Source: Candidatus Neomicrothrix sp. (GTDB lineage: Bacteria > Actinomycetota > Acidimicrobiia > Acidimicrobiales > Aldehydirespiratoraceae). From it: a stretch of 64,000 nucleotides of DNA. Below the pieces are notes generated by a model, which was given only the letters and a program-made list of their open reading frames with translations, was not told the origin of the DNA and did not search any database. Both the position numbers and the translations under genes were made by a program. Positions 58,632-64,000 of this stretch are shown here, piece after piece. Each line of letters opens with the position of its first letter. The stretch's first letter is position 1. The stretch spans positions 9,221 to 73,220 of the forward strand of contig JAFMKU010000002.1 in assembly GCA_017852795.1 (NCBI GenBank), in the 5' to 3' direction.

Positions 58632-60757
58632 GTGCGATTCCGGATTTCTCGACCGTTTCACCGGCACCGGTGCTTGCGGCCAACGCTTCGGAGCTTCCGG
58701 CCTGGTCAACCCCGGAAGGGATCGACGTTCCAGCCTCGTTGGGGTCCTTGGCGGTTCACGACCTGGCGTTCCCGCAGTCGTTTCCGGGGTTACCGCCCTA
58801 CGTGCGGGGCCCGTATCCGACCATGTACGTCAACCAACCGTGGACGATCCGTCAATACGCCGGGTTCTCCACTGCGGAAGCATCGAACGCCTTCTACCGC
58901 CGCAATTTGGCGGCCGGGCAGAAGGGGTTGTCGATCGCGTTCGATCTGGCCACCCACCGCGGGTACGACTCGGACAACCCTCGGGTGACCGGTGATGTGG
59001 GCATGGCCGGTGTGGCAATCGATTCGATCCTGGACATGCGTCAACTGTTCGCGGGGATCCCGTTGGATCAGATGACGGTTTCGATGACCATGAACGGTGC
59101 GGTCCTACCGGTGTTGGCTCTCTACGTGGTGGCCGCTGAGGAGCAGGGGGTGGAGCCCAGTCAGCTGGCCGGCACGATCCAGAACGACATTCTCAAAGAG
59201 TTCATGGTCCGCAACACCTACATCTACCCACCGGCGCCGAGCATGCGGATCATTTCGGACATCTTTGCGTTCACCAGCACCGAGATGCCGCGCTTCAACT
59301 CGATTTCGATCTCTGGCTATCACATGCAGGAAGCGGGAGCGACCGCTGATCTTGAATTGGCCTACACGCTGGCCGACGGGGTGGAGTACGTGCGGGCTGG
59401 GGTTGACGCCGGGCTGGACGTGGACGCGTTCGCGCCGCGGCTGAGTTTCTTTTGGGCGATCGGCATGAACTTCTTCATGGAGGTCGCAAAGCTGCGGGCG
59501 GCCCGGCTCCTGTGGTCACAGTTGATGGCGCAGTTCGGGCCGACCAACCCGAAATCGTCGTCGTTGCGGACCCACAGCCAAACCAGCGGCTGGTCGTTGA
59601 CCGCACAAGACGTGTACAACAACGTCACCCGAACCTGTGTGGAGGCCATGGCCGCGACTCAGGGGCACACCCAGTCGTTGCACACCAACGCGTTGGATGA
59701 GGCGTTGGCGCTTCCGACCGACTACTCGGCGCAGATCGCCCGCAACACGCAACTGTTTTTGCAGCAGGAGAGCGGCACCACCCGCACGGTTGACCCGTGG
59801 GGCGGGAGCTATCACGTCGAGTGGTTGACTCAGCAGTTAGCGGCAAAAGCCTGGGCTCATATCAGCGAGGTTGAGTCGATGGGGGGCATGGCCGCTGCGA
59901 TCGAGGCCGGGATTCCTAAACTTCGGATCGAAGAAGCAGCCGCTCGTACCCAAGCCCGAATCGATTCAGGGCAGCAGGCCGTGATCGGTGTCAACCGGTA
60001 TCGCCTAGACCCAGGGGTGGAAGACCCGATTGAGGTGCTGCGGATCGACAACGCCGAGGTTCGGGCGGCTCAGTTGGCCAAACTCGACCAGCTTCGAGCC
60101 GAGCGCGACAGCGAACGGGTGACGGTGGCCTTGGATGCGTTGACTGCCGCTGCCGAACGCGGTGACGGCAATCTGCTGGCCTTGTCGATCGACGCAGCCC
60201 GAGCCATGGCGACGGTCGGGGAGATCAGCGATGCGCTGGAGAAGGTCTATGGTCGTCATGTTGCGACGATCCGAACAATCGAAGGGGTGTACCGGTCCGA
60301 AGTGGGAAATGATGCGGGTGTTGTAGAAGCGGTTCGGTCCCGGGTTGAGGCGTTTGCCGAGGCGCACGGGCGTCGGCCCAGGATTTTGGTGGCCAAAATG
60401 GGTCAGGACGGTCACGACCGGGGCCAGAAAGTGATCGCAACCGCGTTTGCCGATCTTGGCTTTGATGTGGACATCGGGCCGTTGTTCCAGACGCCAGCCG
60501 AAGTGGCTCGTCAAGCCGTTGAGGCCGATGTGCACGTGGTTGGGGCCTCATCGTTGGCGGCTGGCCATCTGACGCTGGTTCCCGAACTACGAGCCGAGCT
60601 GGCCGCGTTGGGGCGTCCCGACATCAAGATCACCGTGGGTGGAGTGATCCCGCCCGATGACGTTCCGACCTTGCTGGAGTTGGGCGCGGTTGCGGTGTAT
60701 CCGCCGGGAACGGTCATTCCTGAAGCGGCCGCCGAGCTGCTCGACCTGTTGAGCTAA
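58628..60757 (+). CDS. mutB: methylmalonyl-CoA mutase large (alpha) subunit
   Basis: [30 protein letters not shown] and the B12-binding GQDGHDRG motif. Start ATG 58628 (MSAIPDF), not 58586. Confidence 0.93.
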   Translation: MSAIPDFSTVSPAPVLAANASELPAWSTPEGIDVPASLGSLAVHDLAFPQSFPGLPPYVRGPYPTMYVNQPWTIRQYAGFSTAEASNAFYRRNLAAGQKGLSIAFDLATHRGYDSDNPRVTGDVGMAGVAIDSILDMRQLFAGIPLDQMTVSMTMNGAVLPVLALYVVAAEEQGVEPSQLAGTIQNDILKEFMVRNTYIYPPAPSMRIISDIFAFTSTEMPRFNSISISGYHMQEAGATADLELAYTLADGVEYVRAGVDAGLDVDAFAPRLSFFWAIGMNFFMEVAKLRAARLLWSQLMAQFGPTNPKSSSLRTHSQTSGWSLTAQDVYNNVTRTCVEAMAATQGHTQSLHTNALDEALALPTDYSAQIARNTQLFLQQESGTTRTVDPWGGSYHVEWLTQQLAAKAWAHISEVESMGGMAAAIEAGIPKLRIEEAAARTQARIDSGQQAVIGVNRYRLDPGVEDPIEVLRIDNAEVRAAQLAKLDQLRAERDSERVTVALDALTAAAERGDGNLLALSIDAARAMATVGEISDALEKVYGRHVATIRTIEGVYRSEVGNDAGVVEAVRSRVEAFAEAHGRRPRILVAKMGQDGHDRGQKVIATAFADLGFDVDIGPLFQTPAEVARQAVEADVHVVGASSLAAGHLTLVPELRAELAALGRPDIKITVGGVIPPDDVPTLLELGAVAVYPPGTVIPEAAAELLDLLS

Positions 60758-60762
60758 TCAAG

Positions 60763-60804
60763 CTGATCCGCCGGAGTATGGCGAGCCGGGCTTTGGCGGA
60801 TCAG
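60763..60804. terminator. long-stem inverted repeat CTGATCCGCC-N22-GGCGGATCAG between convergent mutB and the Dabb gene
   Basis: Perfect 10-bp arms at 60763..60772 and 60795..60804. The 3' arm overlaps the Dabb stop codon. Confidence 0.35.
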
Positions 60805-61091
60805 ATCTGCGTCTGGCAGCGCAACAACTGCGCAGCGTTGGGGGCGATCAGACGGTTGATGATGTCAACGTGGTCTTGGTCGGTGGCGTAAGCCCGATAT
60901 CCGGCAACGTCATCAAACTCGGCGACCACCGCAACATCGGCAGCCCCTTCGGTGATACCGGCGTCCCGTCCGACCTGATAGCTGCGGATGTGTGCACAGG
61001 TCGGGGCGTACGCGGCGAGCTCGGCGACGATCTGGTCGGCGACCGCTTTGGCGTCGTTGTTGAGCACGATAAGGACGTGATGACGGATCAT
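60801..61091 (-). CDS. Dabb (stress-responsive alpha/beta barrel) family protein
   Basis: About 96 aa from ATG 61091 (MIRHHVLIVL...). Typical Dabb N-terminus and a FDDVAGYRAY..H motif. Confidence 0.7.
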   Translation of the reverse strand: MIRHHVLIVLNNDAKAVADQIVAELAAYAPTCAHIRSYQVGRDAGITEGAADVAVVAEFDDVAGYRAYATDQDHVDIINRLIAPNAAQLLRCQTQI

Positions 61092-61118
61092 GGGCCTCAT
61101 CATAGGTAGCGTCAAGGG

Positions 61119-62135
61119 GTGCCATCAGAACTAGCTGCCGGTGTACTTGCCGGTGACCGCACGGCGATTGGTCGGGCGATCACCTTGGTTGAGTCGACCC
61201 ATCCCGATCATCGGGCCGATGCGGCGGCGTTGCTGGACGAACTGCTGCCCCATGCGGGTGCGGCGTTGCGGGTAGGGATCACCGGGGTACCGGGGGTTGG
61301 CAAATCGACGTTCATTGAGGCGTTGGGGTTGATGCTGGTGGAGCGAGGCCACCGGGTAGCAGTCATCGCGGTAGACCCGTCGAGTTCTCGAACCGGTGGT
61401 TCGATTTTGGGTGACAAAACCCGGATGGCCCGCCTGTCGGTGTCCCCTTCGGCCTTTATCCGCCCATCCCCGTCGGCCGGGAGTCTCGGTGGAGTTGCCC
61501 GGGCAACTCGCGAGGCGATGATCGTGTTGGAAGCAGCCGGGTATGACCGGGTGCTGGTCGAGACGGTCGGGGTTGGCCAGAGCGAAACCGTCGTTCACGG
61601 CATGGTCGATGTGTTTTTGGTGTTGATGCTTTCCGGGGCCGGCGACGAGTTGCAGGGCATCAAGAAAGGTGTGTTGGAGCTCGCCGATGTGGTGGCGGTC
61701 AACAAAGCCGACGGGTCGAACCGGGAGCGAGCCCAGCAGGCCGCCTTGGACTATCAGCGGGCCCTGCATCTGGTTCAACCCCCCGACGCCGCTTGGGAAC
61801 CTCCGGTACTGACCTGTTCTTCGCTGGAAGGTTCCGGGCTGCCAGAATTGTGGGCTGAGATCGAACGCCACCAGGCGGTGATGGTGGCCAACGGTGGTCG
61901 AGACGCCCGTCGGCAGGCCCAACAGTTGAGCTGGATGCGGACCATGTTGCAGGAACGCCTGCTGGCCCGGATGGACGCGGATCCGGTGTTTGCTGCCGCA
62001 CGCGCCAAAGCGGAGGCGGCGGTGATGTCCGGGGTCAGCACCCCGGCGGTAGCTGTTGACCGTCTGCTGGAATCCCGAGATTTTGGTTTCATCTCCGGTC
62101 TTGCTGACCAAGGCGAAGCTTCTGACCCCAACTGA
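61119..62135 (+). CDS. meaB: methylmalonyl-CoA mutase-associated GTPase
   Basis: GVPGVGKST P-loop, ETVGVGQSE, VNKAD. GTG start. Confidence 0.9.
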   Translation: MPSELAAGVLAGDRTAIGRAITLVESTHPDHRADAAALLDELLPHAGAALRVGITGVPGVGKSTFIEALGLMLVERGHRVAVIAVDPSSSRTGGSILGDKTRMARLSVSPSAFIRPSPSAGSLGGVARATREAMIVLEAAGYDRVLVETVGVGQSETVVHGMVDVFLVLMLSGAGDELQGIKKGVLELADVVAVNKADGSNRERAQQAALDYQRALHLVQPPDAAWEPPVLTCSSLEGSGLPELWAEIERHQAVMVANGGRDARRQAQQLSWMRTMLQERLLARMDADPVFAAARAKAEAAVMSGVSTPAVAVDRLLESRDFGFISGLADQGEASDPN

Positions 62136-62198
62136 AATAGGAACCGGCAGGCACCTGATCTAGGGTTGGGCCCGCAGGAAGAGAGTGAGGAGTCGGAT

Positions 62199-63509
62199 AT
62201 GGCTTTTGATGTCGATCTTTGGGATTTCGATGCGTTCCAACGCCAGGAGCATCACGACATGCTGGCCCAGTTCCGTGAGACCGATCCCGGTATCCACTGG
62301 TATGACGAAGGTGACAAAGGCCCTGGCTTCTGGGTGATTACTCGCCTCGCTCACCTCAAAGAGGTGAACCGTCAACCTGATGTGTTCTCGTCGAACAAGG
62401 GCGGCACGCAGATGGCTGAGATGGACCGTGAGAGCGGCACCACCTCGGCGATCAACGACGGAATCATGTTGGAGATGGATCCGCCGAAGCACACCCGGTA
62501 CCGCCGGATCGTGTCCCGTGGGTTCACTCCCCGAATGATCGCGCTGCTTGAGGATTACCTTGAGAACCGCACCGACATGATCATCGACAAGGTGTGTGAG
62601 CGGGGCACCGCCGAGTTCGTCACCGAACTGTCGGCCGAGTTGCCGTTGCAGGCCATCGCCGAGATGGTCGGTATCCCGCTCGAAGACCGATCCAAGATCT
62701 TCGACTGGACCAACGCCATGATCGGCTCCAACGATCCGGATTTCATCAACGATCCCGATCAGGTGATGCACGCTTCGGCCGAGTTGTTCATGTACAGCCG
62801 AGAGCTTCAGACCGAGCGACGTGACAAACCCGCCGACGACATCATCACCACCTTGCTGTCAGCCGATGTGGACGGTTCGGCCCTCACCGAAGACGAGTTC
62901 GACATGTTCTTCCTGCTGCTTTGCGTAGCTGGGAACGAGACGACCCGTAACTCGATCACCCACGGCATGAAGGGCTTCTTTGATTTCCCCGAGCAGTGGG
63001 AGAAGTACCGCAGCGACCCGGCCCGTTACGAAGACACCATGGTCGACGAGGTAGTTCGGTGGGCCACACCGGTGTTGAACTTCCGTCGCCAGGCCATGCA
63101 GGACTACGACCTCGACGGGGTGAAGATCAAAGAAGGCGACAAAGTCGTGATGTGGCACATCGCCGCTAACCGCGACCCACGGGCCTTTACCGATCCGTGG
63201 GTGTTCGACATTGAGCGCACCCCGAACGACCACGTCGGGTTCGGTGGTGGTGGCCCGCATTTCTGTCTCGGCGCCAACCTGGCTCGCATGGAGATCCGGA
63301 TGATGTTCCGGGAGATCGCCAAACGGCTTCCCGACATTCGTCTCGATGGTGAGGTTCGGTACCTCCGTTCCAACTTCATCGGGGGCATCAAGGAGATGCC
63401 GGTGGCGTTCTCGCCGACCGTTTCGCTGGAAACAACCCCGATGGATCGGCTCGGTTCGGCGGCTGGCGCGTCGGGTACGACCGGCTTCGGTGGCCGGGTT
63501 GACCGCTAG
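62199..63509 (+). CDS. cytochrome P450
   Basis: Start ATG 62199 after SD GAGGAG. I-helix AGNETT, ExxR, and heme loop FGGGGPHFCLGANLAR. Confidence 0.9.
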   Translation: MAFDVDLWDFDAFQRQEHHDMLAQFRETDPGIHWYDEGDKGPGFWVITRLAHLKEVNRQPDVFSSNKGGTQMAEMDRESGTTSAINDGIMLEMDPPKHTRYRRIVSRGFTPRMIALLEDYLENRTDMIIDKVCERGTAEFVTELSAELPLQAIAEMVGIPLEDRSKIFDWTNAMIGSNDPDFINDPDQVMHASAELFMYSRELQTERRDKPADDIITTLLSADVDGSALTEDEFDMFFLLLCVAGNETTRNSITHGMKGFFDFPEQWEKYRSDPARYEDTMVDEVVRWATPVLNFRRQAMQDYDLDGVKIKEGDKVVMWHIAANRDPRAFTDPWVFDIERTPNDHVGFGGGGPHFCLGANLARMEIRMMFREIAKRLPDIRLDGEVRYLRSNFIGGIKEMPVAFSPTVSLETTPMDRLGSAAGASGTTGFGGRVDR

Positions 63510-63563
63510 TTCTCTGGCCGTCTAGGTCCTTCAGGCAACGGCGGTGCGGTCCTCTAAGGTTCC

Positions 63564-64000
63564 GGTGCGTTGCCGCGAGTTGCTACAGATCGTGGTGGGC
63601 CTGTGGCTGTTCGGTGTTGGCCTGGCCTTTGTGGTTCGGGGCGGCAACGGCCAGGGCGCCTGGACGGTGTTTCACGACGGACTTTCGCAGCATTCTCGTT
63701 TGAGCATTGGTGGGGCGACCGTGTTGACCGGTCTGGTGGTGCTGTTGCTCGTGGTGGCGTTGCGGGTCCGTATTGGGCTGGGGACGGTGCTGAACGTGGC
63801 CATTATCGGGCCGTCCACCGATCTGACCTTGTGGCTGCTTGACCAACCCGACCCGACCTGGCTGCGGGCGTCGTTGACGTTGCTGTCGCCGTTTGTGGTG
63901 GCGTTGGGTTCCAGCCTCTATTTGGGGGTGCATTGGGGGCCTGGTCCGCGTGATGGTTTGATGACGGGTCTGCACGACCGTGGGGTGTCGATTCGTCTCG
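63564..64000 (+). CDS. YczE/YitT-like integral membrane protein, 3'-truncated by the window edge
   Basis: Hand-translated frame from GTG 63564 stays open to the window end (VRCRELLQIVVGLWLFGVGLAFVV...GPGPRDGLMTGL). It is hydrophobic. The ORF-track entry 63570..63842 is in a different frame. Confidence 0.5.

Overview
High-GC, gene-dense chromosomal segment with about 58 protein-coding genes, many joined by 4-nt ATGA/GTGA start-stop overlaps. I recognised no rRNA, tRNA, CRISPR array, transposase or prophage. The gene content looks actinobacterial: HelD, a PAC2 protein, an Rpf-like transglycosylase, hemE-hemY, long-form LeuA, luciferase-like (LLM) oxidoreductases, a DtxR-family regulator, and mutA/mutB/meaB. 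Layout, left to right: (i) a minus-strand envelope block (Rpf-like lipoprotein, class III cyclase, Lnt-like protein, GT4, methyltransferase, prenyltransferase-like protein); (ii) hemE-hemY and a patatin-like gene; (iii) helD coupled to a sucrase/ferredoxin-like gene and an Fe(III)-type ABC importer, next to a DtxR-family regulator; (iv) guaB; (v) MacB/FtsX-type and twin ABC-2 exporters; (vi) scattered CoA-ester and lipid catabolic genes (thiolases, crotonase, SDRs, TesB, FadD-like, P450, two paralogous amidohydrolases); (vii) leuA; (viii) the methylmalonyl-CoA mutase locus. The observations most worth follow-up are: a CRP-like TGTGA-N6-TCAC site in front of the rpf-like/cyclase/Lnt-like string; an Lnt homolog whose nucleophile Cys reads Ser; an unannotated 55-aa two-TM small ORF coupled on both sides between mutA and mutB; a Leu-codon leader peptide with a terminator-like hairpin upstream of leuA; and an alkaline-phosphatase/NPP-family protein whose motif order looks circularly permuted. 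All functional calls rest on motif recognition by eye. No database search or folding program was run.
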